Virus record (IMG/VR): IMGVR_UViG_2882828558_000007
Span: 1 to 64,000 of that record
Length of the DNA: 64,000 nucleotides
Reading direction: 5' to 3' (one strand)
Source of the DNA: a virus
Taxonomy: Duplodnaviria; Caudoviricetes
Below, in pieces: positions 55,867 through 64,000 of this stretch. The notes below the pieces were generated by a model. That model was not told the DNA's origin and did not search any database. It was given only the letters and a program-made list of their open reading frames with translations. Position numbers and translations under genes: made by a program. The number at the start of each line of letters is the position of its first letter. Position 1 is the first letter of the stretch.

Positions 55867-56162
55867 GTTATGCCAGAATGACGATTGACAGCCTTTGCGA
55901 TTAACACCGCATCTTCTGCACAGGAACATCGGCACAGCGTCCGGCAAAGCTGATCCCACACCTCGTGGTCATATCCGACGGTCTCTTCTGGAGAAGCCGG
56001 ACCATTGCCGTCTGCGGTGAGCGGCATAGCCATGTGGTAGACCGGCACGGCAACTCGCCAGAAGTCGCCCCCTTGTTGCTCGGCAACAATCGGGCGGGCT
56101 GCTGCGGCTCGCTCGTCCGCTTCGTCCCATGCGCTCTCAGCATTGCAGTAATGATGCATCAC
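55863..56162 (-). CDS. Hypothetical protein
   Basis: Start moved to MMHHYCN; coupled ORF. Confidence 0.5.
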   Translation of the reverse strand: MMHHYCNAESAWDEADERAAAARPIVAEQQGGDFWRVAVPVYHMAMPLTADGNGPASPEETVGYDHEVWDQLCRTLCRCSCAEDAVLIAKAVNRHSGIT

Positions 56163-56389
56163 ACCCTCCCCGCCATCCGCTCGCAATCATGGCCGACGCG
56201 CGTCAACTGCATCGACAGGTCCATGTGCTTGAGTTCCGTCAGCCGCATGGCCGCCTCATGCAGCCACTGCGCGGCGATTTCCAGCTGTGCGGCTGGCGTC
56301 TCGGCGCGGGATGGTGGTCTTCTGGTGGCGGCGAGACGGGCAAGCTGCATGCCGGGGCGTCCGTTGTTGATCATCAGGTTTCTGGTCAT
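56159..56389 (-). CDS. Hypothetical protein
   Basis: 76 aa coupled ORF. Confidence 0.5.
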   Translation of the reverse strand: MTRNLMINNGRPGMQLARLAATRRPPSRAETPAAQLEIAAQWLHEAAMRLTELKHMDLSMQLTRVGHDCERMAGRV

Positions 56390-56634
56390 TGTGCGGCCTC
56401 CAAAGATTCGAGGCGATCGAAAACGAGCCGCCAGCGATCTTCCTCGCTCATGCCCATGAACTGGCCGAAGGGGCTCGATTCGTAGTCGTATCGCGCCTCA
56501 GCCTCCGCCGCGATGCGAGCTTGAGACTCTGCCGTACCGCACGGGGCGCAGATGCTCGATGACATGGGGTTATTGTGTGACGCCCCGCAGACGCGACAAG
56601 GCGCGAAGTGGCGTCGTGCTGCTTTTGCCATCAC
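56386..56634 (-). CDS. Hypothetical Zn-finger protein
   Basis: CRVC...CAPC. Confidence 0.55.
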   Translation of the reverse strand: MMAKAARRHFAPCRVCGASHNNPMSSSICAPCGTAESQARIAAEAEARYDYESSPFGQFMGMSEEDRWRLVFDRLESLEAAQ

Positions 56635-57389
56635 GCCGCCACCTTAGTCTCTTTGACAACAAACCCCGGCACCTGCCGCAATCCAGCACGCACCGCCTCA
56701 TCCGCATTCCGTTGCGCCACGGCTATGAACTCATCAGCGGCCCGTCCATAGGCCCAGTCGAGCGCCTTCTCGGGGTCTTCAAGCACAGCCGTCCACACGG
56801 TGCGCAGCCCCAGCCCTGTCGTCGCGGCCTTCTCGCTGCGGCGCGCCGTCTTCTCCAGTGCCTTCGCGTCGGCCAGCAACTCCTCGGCGGCCTCCCGCTC
56901 GGCGAGGTTGCCCGATGAGGCTTGCATTGCAGCCTGCGCGGCGGCTCTGGCGGCCTCGGCTTCCTTGGCCACGCGCGCGGCTTTCGCGGCCTTTTCGTCG
57001 GCCACCTTCTTGCGCCACGGCGTCAGAAGCGTCTGGCAGGCTTCCTTGGCCAGGATGACCTTGCCCTTGCCCGCCTTGGTGTTGCCGATCAGCGGGTGGA
57101 ACTTGGTCTGGATTTCCGCAATCTTGTCGTCGAGCGGCTTCTTTTCGTCGACGCGCAGAGTCTCGGCCCGCTTGCCGCATTCGTGGATGCGGTCGTGCAG
57201 TTCGGTGATGACGTCGGCCATGGCCTCAGAATCGATCGGCTCGCCGTCGCAAAAATTCTTGGCTTCCTCGAACAGGTCTTCGATTTCCTGCTTGAGGAGT
57301 TCGAACGGCGAGAGTTCTTCGGGCGGGTTGTTGTGGCCTGGGCCTGCGACGGCGAGCGGGTTGAAGTCGTCGGTGGCGAGGCGGGTCAT
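56631..57389 (-). CDS. Coiled-coil phage protein of unknown function
   Basis: GHNNPP N-terminus; DEKKPL; C-terminal VRAGLRQVPGF. Confidence 0.65.
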   Translation of the reverse strand: MTRLATDDFNPLAVAGPGHNNPPEELSPFELLKQEIEDLFEEAKNFCDGEPIDSEAMADVITELHDRIHECGKRAETLRVDEKKPLDDKIAEIQTKFHPLIGNTKAGKGKVILAKEACQTLLTPWRKKVADEKAAKAARVAKEAEAARAAAQAAMQASSGNLAEREAAEELLADAKALEKTARRSEKAATTGLGLRTVWTAVLEDPEKALDWAYGRAADEFIAVAQRNADEAVRAGLRQVPGFVVKETKVAA

Positions 57390-57634
57390 GCGGCACCTAC
57401 AACGCGGTAGGCGATGATCTTTATCTCCTCACACTCGCACATCGAGTGGACCCACGGCTCAAGGCCGGCGCACCAGAATCCTGCGGGCGACATGCGAGAA
57501 ACTGTGCCGTCGGCATGTCGGACGTCGACGTAGCTATCGACGTCGACGGGGCACCCAGCGCCATCGTGCTCGATCCAGTCATCTTCGCCTGCCGCATCGG
57601 CAATAGGGCGCGCGTCTTCCGGTCTTCTCGTCAT
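57386..57634 (-). CDS. Hypothetical protein
   Basis: WIEHDGAGCPVD...IIAYRVV pattern common in phage ORFs. Confidence 0.6.
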   Translation of the reverse strand: MTRRPEDARPIADAAGEDDWIEHDGAGCPVDVDSYVDVRHADGTVSRMSPAGFWCAGLEPWVHSMCECEEIKIIAYRVVGAA

Positions 57635-57682
57635 CTCAGTCTCCTCTATGTGTGGTAGCCGCGCTTGGTGGGCGCGGTGTGG

Positions 57683-58139
57683 TTAGTTGTCGAAGAAAAA
57701 CAAAATCCTCTCTGCACCAACCTCGTTCAGGATTTCGAGGTCGCGGAAGAACGCATCGCCGAGAAATTCACGATATGTCATCATCGTGCCGCCGCCGAGA
57801 TGGCCATGCGCCGCTCCACAGGTTCTCAGAAAGTTGACGAGCGACACGCCGGTCCTCCATCGTCTGATCGTAGTCAAATGACCGCAACTCCTCGACCGTC
57901 AGCCATGACGGCGAGTGGGCATCACCAGCCCAGTTTGCATACCCTTCTGCTGCAGCGACGCTCGCGTCCTTTGGCCAGCCGCGACGTTCTGAGATTGGCG
58001 TGACATCAGAATAGTTTCGAACGTTGGCGAGGAAGCCAAAAACGCCGTATGACCGCCAACCGAATGGTTCGGCTTCAGTGACCAATTCCCACTCGCCGTC
58101 TACTCTGCGCTCGGCAAAGCTGTGGATATCACATCCCAT
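57683..58139 (-). pseudogene. MGCDIH-family phage gene split by a frameshift
   Basis: N-terminal part MGCDIH...GVFGFLANVRN...HSPSWL; C-terminal part GGGTMMTYREFLG...RILFFFDN lies in another frame. Confidence 0.6.
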
Positions 58140-58177
58140 CCTCAGTCTCCTCTATGTGGTGCATTCTTGGTATCGTG

Positions 58178-58207
58178 AACTTAACCGCAATTTACAAATT
58201 TGTCAAG
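58178..58207 (-). promoter_or_regulatory. Sigma70 promoter with ACAAATTTGT operator (copy 4)
   Basis: TTGACA-17-TAAGTT; palindrome at 58194-58203. Confidence 0.75.
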
Positions 58208-58226
58208 ACTGGTAATCCGCTCTCCT

Positions 58227-59963
58227 CTAAAACGGAATGTCATCTGCCATCGCCACCGCCAGCCGGCGCGTAGGCACATTGTTGTTGCTCGGGGCGGGTA
58301 CGTTGTCATTCGCAACAGCAGCAACGGTGTGCCCGACAACGTCCCACCACTTCCCGCGTGGTTTGACGAGGATCTCGGCGGTATCACGAAGCTCTCCCTG
58401 TCGCTCCAGCCACTCCATCACCGTCTTTGGGAACGGCCTTGAGCCACCATGGGCGAGCCAGAAACGATCGGCTCTGCTCTTGGGGAACCCGTTATGCTGG
58501 GGGCATAACCATTCGTTCACGTGGTTCATTCCGACCTGGTACGACACCTTCACCGAAGGCGTCTCGCCCTTCTCATGGAACCAGAACTTGCGCGAACGTA
58601 CCTTCCGGGATTCGGGCTCTGCAACAGTGGCCAGGATCGCGACATCGGTCGGCTTGGCGGTGAACTTAGGCTTTTCCTCGAACTCGAATTGATAGCCACA
58701 GTTCGGACAGACCCGCGCACCAGCGGCGACGATCTCCTCACACTGCATACAAACCTTGATTGGTGCCTCTCCCGTCCCCTTGCCTGGCTTTTTCGGCGTA
58801 ACGCAGTCCACGGGCCCGTGTCGTTCGATATTGCCGGCAAAGTTCATATACCGGCAGTTTGGCTTCGGACCCATCGCTATGGCAGCCTTTCGCCCTTCGG
58901 CGTCAGACGTTTCGGGGTCGAACCCCGCAGGCCAGACGACCCGCGTTCCACGTCCGGCGCGTTGAACATAGCGGTTGGCGCTTTCCGTAGGAGCCAGGTC
59001 TGGAATCAGGTCAACGCCCGGAATGTTCGTACCTGTGCTGAGGACGTTGTCGTTGGTGCACCCCCACAAACGGCCGGCCTTCAGGTCGGCGATGATCTTG
59101 CGCCGCTCACCTTTCGGTGTCTTTCCGCTTAGCACCTCGCAAGTTTTGCCGTATTTGCGGATCTCGTCACGAACGTGGGTAGCGTGATCGATGCCGTTAC
59201 AGAAGATGATGGCCGTCTTTCTGTTTTCTGCATTGGCATAGGCCATGATTTCCGCGACGGCGGCGCGGGTTAGTTCCTCCTTGTCCGTAGCCTTGGCGAG
59301 GTCTGACTTCTTGAAGTCTCCCCCCAGCCGATGGACACCCGTCATATCGTACTGGAGCTCAGTCGGCTTGCTGGTCAGGCGCGTCAGGTAGCCATCGTCG
59401 ATCGCCTGCGCGATGCTGTAGGTGTAGACGACCTTGTCGAACAGTCGGTCTTCGCCCTCATCGAGGCGGCCAGAATCAAGGCGGTACGGCGTTGCCGTAA
59501 AGCCAACAATCTTCATGTCCGGATTGATTTCGAACAGCGCCGCGATAAGCTTTCGGTACATCGTGTTGCCGTCGTTCGGCACGAGATGCACCTCGTCGAT
59601 CTTCAGCACGTCGACATGGCCGATCAGGTCGGCCTTGTCCCATATGGTTTGCAGCTGACCGAAGACAACCTGTGCCCGATAGTCCCGCCGGTTAAGGCTG
59701 GCGGCAGCTATCCCGGCTGGAGCAAATGGGCACATGCCCACAAACTCCATGAAGTTTCCCTCGACGAGCTCTTCGACGTGCGTGGCGTTGAGAATGCGGA
59801 TGTCTGGCCACCCCTCAACGAGACGCTTATCTAGCATGGCCATAGTGCCGCTCTTCCCGGTGCCCGTGGCCATATCAACGAGCGGGTGTCCGGGTTCTTC
59901 GGCCCAGTAGTCGAAGACCGCATCGACGGCCTCGATCTGATAGTAGCGCGGATTGAACGCCAT
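58227..59963 (-). CDS. SF2 DEAD/DEAH helicase (replication module)
   Basis: ATGTGKS, DEVH, TATP, VQRAGRGTR, CMQC...CPNC; C-terminal DDIPF. Confidence 0.9.
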   Translation of the reverse strand: MAFNPRYYQIEAVDAVFDYWAEEPGHPLVDMATGTGKSGTMAMLDKRLVEGWPDIRILNATHVEELVEGNFMEFVGMCPFAPAGIAAASLNRRDYRAQVVFGQLQTIWDKADLIGHVDVLKIDEVHLVPNDGNTMYRKLIAALFEINPDMKIVGFTATPYRLDSGRLDEGEDRLFDKVVYTYSIAQAIDDGYLTRLTSKPTELQYDMTGVHRLGGDFKKSDLAKATDKEELTRAAVAEIMAYANAENRKTAIIFCNGIDHATHVRDEIRKYGKTCEVLSGKTPKGERRKIIADLKAGRLWGCTNDNVLSTGTNIPGVDLIPDLAPTESANRYVQRAGRGTRVVWPAGFDPETSDAEGRKAAIAMGPKPNCRYMNFAGNIERHGPVDCVTPKKPGKGTGEAPIKVCMQCEEIVAAGARVCPNCGYQFEFEEKPKFTAKPTDVAILATVAEPESRKVRSRKFWFHEKGETPSVKVSYQVGMNHVNEWLCPQHNGFPKSRADRFWLAHGGSRPFPKTVMEWLERQGELRDTAEILVKPRGKWWDVVGHTVAAVANDNVPAPSNNNVPTRRLAVAMADDIPF

Positions 59964-60115
59964 CACGCCACCTCAGCCGTCTTGCCTTTCCCACGCCCCT
60001 CCTCCCGCGCAAACGCCTGCGCCAGCCGGATGGCGTCTTCGCGCACGACGATCCAGCCGGCGTTTCGCAACGCCGCCAGCTGCTCGGGACCTATGATATC
60101 GCGCGGATGGATCAT
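59963..60115 (-). CDS. Small hypothetical protein (50 aa)
   Basis: MIHPRDIIGPEQLAALRNAGW...; coupled at both ends. Confidence 0.5.
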   Translation of the reverse strand: MIHPRDIIGPEQLAALRNAGWIVVREDAIRLAQAFAREEGRGKGKTAEVA

Positions 60116-60624
60116 GCTGCTGCCCTCAGCTCGGCGCGGAGCTTGGCAATGCCCGCCTCCTCGATCTGCCGCACGCGCTCACGGGACACGCCGATTTCCG
60201 CACCAATGTCGGACAACTTGAACCCCATGCCTCTGCGCAGGAGGACGGCTCCATCACGGCCGGTCATCCGGTTGAGCACGTCCAGAGCGGCAATCGAGCG
60301 CTCCTGCGTTTCGGCAAGCGATGCGGTACGGAATGCCCTGTCGGCCTTGTCGCCGTAGACGATCGTGACGCGCTTCTTGGTCTTGTGCGCCGAGATTACC
60401 GCGCGCAGCTGCCACCGCAGCCAGCTGGGAAAGCCGCCGTTTGGCGTGTATTCGCCGTGGAAATTGCGCCAGCAGCTGAGCGCCCGCAACATGACGTCCT
60501 GGATAACGTCTTCGCGCTGCCCGGTCGGCAGGTAGCGCACCGCGAGCGCCCGAACCATAGGCATATAGCGCTCAAGGGCAGCGTCAAACTCGGCGGGGCG
60601 GTTGTCGTTGGCGTGGGTAGCCAT
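60112..60624 (-). CDS. Phage-encoded sigma70-family (ECF-like) factor
   Basis: Region 2 EDVIQDVMLRAL...FPSWLRW; region 4 LSDIGAEIGVSRERVRQIE. Confidence 0.85.
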   Translation of the reverse strand: MATHANDNRPAEFDAALERYMPMVRALAVRYLPTGQREDVIQDVMLRALSCWRNFHGEYTPNGGFPSWLRWQLRAVISAHKTKKRVTIVYGDKADRAFRTASLAETQERSIAALDVLNRMTGRDGAVLLRRGMGFKLSDIGAEIGVSRERVRQIEEAGIAKLRAELRAAA

Positions 60625-60642
60625 GGTGGTCTCCTCTTGTGG

Positions 60643-60999
60643 TTAGGCAGCCTTGGTGGGGCTGTCTTCGTTGATAACCGCCCAGATCCTGCGCACGGCG
60701 GCAGGAACGAGGGCGGCTCGTTCTTTCGGCATGTGCATCATGTGGCAGTCCGCTTCCGGCCAGCCGGTAGCCCACGACAGGGCTTGGTAGGCCTCGCCGC
60801 GCGACAGGTGTCCGGATTTCCACAGTACGTCAAAGACGCGGTGCGCATCGCTGCGTGCCTTGTGTGTCTCAGCGTCGGCAAGCGGCTTGTTGCCCCAAGA
60901 CCACAGGCCGCAGCAGTCGTGGCGGCGACCAAAGCGGGTTTCGCTGCGCGCGGCTCGCGCGCCGCATACCGGGCAGATCGGGCGCGGCTTGCGGCTCAT
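60643..60999 (-). CDS. Zn-finger protein (DUF3268-like)
   Basis: CPVCG...ARSDAHRVFDVLWKSG..SRGEAY. Confidence 0.75.
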   Translation of the reverse strand: MSRKPRPICPVCGARAARSETRFGRRHDCCGLWSWGNKPLADAETHKARSDAHRVFDVLWKSGHLSRGEAYQALSWATGWPEADCHMMHMPKERAALVPAAVRRIWAVINEDSPTKAA

Positions 61000-61940
61000 G
61001 TTGTTGGCTCCGCAGCCGCGCCGTCCACCCACCGCTCACCTGTGGTCCGGTGGACGTAGGTTATGGTCTCGGCCTCCTCGTCCGCATCGACCTGCTCGTA
61101 GGCGGCAAGCATGGACGGGATGAAAAGGTGAGCGGCGCAGCCTTCCGCCTGCTCATCGAGCGACAAAGGTTTCTGCCAGCGGCTGCAGTCCCACCCGGCG
61201 TTGCCGTCAAGCAGCGGCGTGGCATGGATGCAGGACCTGCAATGCGCACGCGGCTTGATCTCGCCCCAGCAAACCTCCGCCTGACGGCAGAACATGCCGC
61301 GGAAGTCGTCGCGCTTCGTGCACAGCCTGCCGGGCGGTTCGGGCATGTTTATGATGCGCTCCACCCTCGCCACCTGGTGGATGGCGAAGTCGTGGTCGAA
61401 GTTTACCCGCTCGAGATGCAGATCCTCGTCGTTTTTGTTGGACATCATGTAGAGGACGCGGTCGATGCCGAGCCCGTACATGTAGAACTGAAACGTGGCG
61501 TAGTGCTCCGGCTTGCCTTCCTTCACCCCTAACTTCTTGACCTTGGCGAACACCTCCTGCTTGGCCGATTTGCATTCGACGATGTGTTCGGTCTTGGCGG
61601 CCTCCGGCAGGCCGAGAGCGCGACCGTCGATCTTGCCGCGCAGATGCCCGCCGGCCGCGCGAACGCGGTCCTGCTGACCCCAAACCTCAATTCCGACGAG
61701 CCGCAGCAGATCGAGAAGGCGCTCCTCCTCTATCTCGCCACGTTCGAAGATCCGTCGCTTGCGCCAGTCGATCGCTTCCGGAACGGACGCCCGGCGGAAT
61801 GTGAGCCAAAGAGCTCGGTCACACTCCATACCGATATCGCCAGCCGACACGCCGACGGACTCCCACTGGTCTTCATCGGATTCGAGGGCGTGCTGGATGG
61901 CGCGCAGGGTTGAGGGCGTTGGGCGGGGGATAGGGGCCAT
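60996..61940 (-). CDS. PD-(D/E)XK exonuclease (Cas4-like fold)
   Basis: SAGDIGMECDRALW, GKIDG, VECKS, Q.YM, C-terminal Cys cluster. Confidence 0.8.
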   Translation of the reverse strand: MAPIPRPTPSTLRAIQHALESDEDQWESVGVSAGDIGMECDRALWLTFRRASVPEAIDWRKRRIFERGEIEEERLLDLLRLVGIEVWGQQDRVRAAGGHLRGKIDGRALGLPEAAKTEHIVECKSAKQEVFAKVKKLGVKEGKPEHYATFQFYMYGLGIDRVLYMMSNKNDEDLHLERVNFDHDFAIHQVARVERIINMPEPPGRLCTKRDDFRGMFCRQAEVCWGEIKPRAHCRSCIHATPLLDGNAGWDCSRWQKPLSLDEQAEGCAAHLFIPSMLAAYEQVDADEEAETITYVHRTTGERWVDGAAAEPTT

Positions 61941-62119
61941 TAGGCGGACGCCTCATGCGCGCCGTCATCGACCTTGGCATCCCGCCAATGCGTCGTTGTC
62001 CACTCGTCGTAGTATCCGGACCCGTTGAGGTCTTTCATGTGGAACAGCGTGTATTCGACCTGCAGGATGAGCTTGCCGCGCCAGTTGGTGCGGTAGCGCT
62101 TTCGTCCGGTGAGGGTCAT
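61940..62119 (-). CDS. Hypothetical protein (59 aa, not in ORF track), paralog of 6004-6180
   Basis: MTLTGRKRYRTNWRGKLILQVEY...HWRDAKVDD. Confidence 0.6.
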   Translation of the reverse strand: MTLTGRKRYRTNWRGKLILQVEYTLFHMKDLNGSGYYDEWTTTHWRDAKVDDGAHEASA

Positions 62120-62331
62120 GCCGCCACCTTATGCCCTAGAGCCTCCGCGAAGTACCCGCCCACAGAGCCAACCCCTCCGCCGTCGCGCATAAGGTACGCC
62201 CCGTGAGCATGCTCCACAGACCGATACTTCGGGTCGACAGTGCGCTCCAGGATCAGCACGCCGTCATCAATGTCACCGCGCCGGATGGCTGAAATTGCCT
62301 CTCGGATAAGGTTCTTGATCTCTCGCTCCAT
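62116..62331 (-). CDS. Hypothetical protein
   Basis: 71 aa coupled ORF. Confidence 0.55.
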   Translation of the reverse strand: MEREIKNLIREAISAIRRGDIDDGVLILERTVDPKYRSVEHAHGAYLMRDGGGVGSVGGYFAEALGHKVAA

Positions 62332-63389
62332 CAGTTCACCCTCAGAGGCATGAGAACTCCGTCCCAGTTGTCGTTCTCGCCGGTCACCACTGCCGGTGAG
62401 TTGCTCTCAGACAACGCCAGCTTGACCTTGCCCGGAGGCAGGGCCGCCAGCATGTCGCGCAGGTAGAGGCTATTAAGGCCGTAATCGATCGGCTCTCCGC
62501 TGTAATCGGCAGCCACTTCATCAGCTGCTTCGCCGGCATCAGATCGGGCCGAGAACTGGATTGCGCCGGACGCGATAGACAGACGAACACCCTTGCTCTT
62601 CTCGCTGCTCACCGTCACGACGCGATCGGCCGCCCGCATCATCTCGTCGCGGTTCACGGCCACGACTTTATCGTTGTGTTGTGGGATGACCCGCTCGTAA
62701 TCGGGATACTCCATGCCGATCAGTTTGGTCGTGATCGTGATGTCCTCGCCAATGACGCGCATCTTTTCAGGGCTGACGCTGACGATCGTCGTGCCCTTCG
62801 GCATGACGCTGACCGCTTTGTTCGGGATGATGATGTCATCGAAGGAAGGCGCTTCATCGCCCTGTGAGCGAGCGAGACGGTGCCCGTCTGTCGCCACGGC
62901 AACAAGCTTTCCGGCTTTGGAGCGCAAAAGCACGCCATTGAGCATTTCGCGGATGTCGTTCGTGCCGGCAGCAAACGCCACCGAGGACAGCAGATCAGCA
63001 ATGTCCGTCTCGAACTCGGCGTTAAAGCTATCCGCGCCCATGGACGGGAAGTCCGCAGCAGGCAGCGTGCGAAGCGAGAAGCGACTACGTCCGGACTTCA
63101 CGACAAGTTTGTCATCATCCAGCAGGAGGATGATTTCGGAAGCGCCGGCCTTCTTGGCAATGTCACCGAACAACTTGGCGTCTACGCACACAGACCCAGC
63201 GGCCGCGACGGTTGCGGGCGCCTTGGCTTCCGCAACGATGGCGAGGTCTGTAGCCGTCACGGTCAGTGTGTCGTCCGTCGCGACAAGGCGCAGGTTGGAC
63301 AGGATTTCGATGATGTTTCTGCTTTCAACGACGCGGCTTACCGCCGAGATAACGCGGGAAAGCTCCGCCCGACTGATTGTCAGGTGCAT
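62331..63389 (-). CDS. dnaN: DNA polymerase III beta sliding clamp homolog
   Basis: ATDL, F.LRTLPAADFP, LVAVATDGHRLA, YPDYERVIP, GLNSLYL, VLMPLR. Confidence 0.95.
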   Translation of the reverse strand: MHLTISRAELSRVISAVSRVVESRNIIEILSNLRLVATDDTLTVTATDLAIVAEAKAPATVAAAGSVCVDAKLFGDIAKKAGASEIILLLDDDKLVVKSGRSRFSLRTLPAADFPSMGADSFNAEFETDIADLLSSVAFAAGTNDIREMLNGVLLRSKAGKLVAVATDGHRLARSQGDEAPSFDDIIIPNKAVSVMPKGTTIVSVSPEKMRVIGEDITITTKLIGMEYPDYERVIPQHNDKVVAVNRDEMMRAADRVVTVSSEKSKGVRLSIASGAIQFSARSDAGEAADEVAADYSGEPIDYGLNSLYLRDMLAALPPGKVKLALSESNSPAVVTGENDNWDGVLMPLRVN

Positions 63390-63452
63390 TGTGGTCTCCT
63401 CTTGGTGGTAGTGCGCGGCCAGTTGCAGGTAGCAACCGGCCGCTGGTGGTGG

Positions 63453-63536
63453 TTAGGCGCGGGTGAAGAGCACGGCGAGCACGTAGGCGAAGCTGAATGC
63501 AACTGCAGCAATCGCCACCGCGTCAGGCCAGCCCAT
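63453..63536 (-). CDS. 27-aa hydrophobic peptide
   Basis: MGWPDAVAIAAVAFSFAYVLAVLFTRA; TGATG overlap. Confidence 0.4.
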   Translation of the reverse strand: MGWPDAVAIAAVAFSFAYVLAVLFTRA

Positions 63537-64000
63537 CACTTCTTCCCCCAGGGCCGGCTGCCCGTAGCCGCAGCAGCCGGTCGGCTGGCCTGCTGTTGCT
63601 GGCGGTTGTCATTCGCCGCAGGTGCGCGATTGTCGTTGGCTGCTGCTGGTTTGGTTTGAACCGCATCGAGCGCAGGCTCGGGAATGTTGCCCTGATCCGG
63701 GAAGAAGTACCGCTTGACCTCCATGCGCGCCGGGAATTCAGGGGAGCCGTCTGCCTTGAGCTTCTTGCTCGGCTTGCCGAGGCCAAGCTTCACCGTGTAG
63801 GTGCGATAGTGCAGCTCCTCCGTGTCTTCCACGCCCTCAACGCCCATCGCGCGGCAGAGGGACGCAAATTCCCGTTGTCCGATCTCCTGCGCCTGCGCAT
63901 TGGTGTTTTCGAGGTTGATGAAGCCGAAGAACTTTCGACCGGACACCTCTTCTGGAGCCAGGACATTTACCGTGTACTTCATGCCGTTGCCGGTGCGCGC
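63536..64000 (-). CDS. DUF669-family ssDNA-binding-like protein (5' end outside window)
   Basis: FGFINLEN...AQEIGQREFASLCRAMGV; C-terminal RPWGKK. Confidence 0.7.
   Translation of the reverse strand, partial: ARTGNGMKYTVNVLAPEEVSGRKFFGFINLENTNAQAQEIGQREFASLCRAMGVEGVEDTEELHYRTYTVKLGLGKPSKKLKADGSPEFPARMEVKRYFFPDQGNIPEPALDAVQTKPAAANDNRAPAANDNRQQQQASRPAAAATGSRPWGKK

Noticed and set aside
60996-61940. Cas4 as evidence of a CRISPR system
   Set aside because: Stand-alone PD-(D/E)XK exonuclease in a phage recombination context.

Overview
The window begins with about 2.3 kb of Rhizobiaceae-type host chromosome: the 3' part of a RopA/Omp2b-family porin gene, a XerC-like recombinase and the 5' half of tRNA-Ser(GCT). 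The remaining ~61.7 kb is one temperate prophage, almost all on the minus strand, which continues past position 64000. No repressor is visible, so the immunity region and the second att site are probably outside the window. In transcription order (right to left) the prophage carries: recombination/replication genes (DUF669, beta clamp, PD-(D/E)XK exonuclease, sigma factor, SF2 helicase, three methyltransferase-like genes, primase-helicase, candidate ori, VRR-NUC); a putative late regulator; a hairpin-dense ~550-nt non-coding region and a tRNA(CAT); lambda-like packaging and head genes; a P2-like contractile tail; GH19 lysis genes; a long accessory operon; and xis/int. Main observations: (1) an ssrA-tag-like ANDN motif in about 15 non-virion proteins, often with a C-terminal AA; (2) a second helicase with four Nu1-like HTH repeats next to a truncated terminase-ATPase-like gene in the head-tail region; (3) a large structured ncRNA candidate; (4) four identical operator-bearing sigma70 promoters; (5) a LexA-box-controlled moron; (6) a GT-C/SMR/methyltransferase surface-modification moron; (7) a protease plus ExbB/ExbD-like membrane module; (8) a recurring C(C/T/A)ACCAA-loop leader hairpin. 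All family assignments come from motifs recognised by eye. No database searches or folding programs were run. Several start codons were moved from the ORF track using RBS and stop/start overlap logic.
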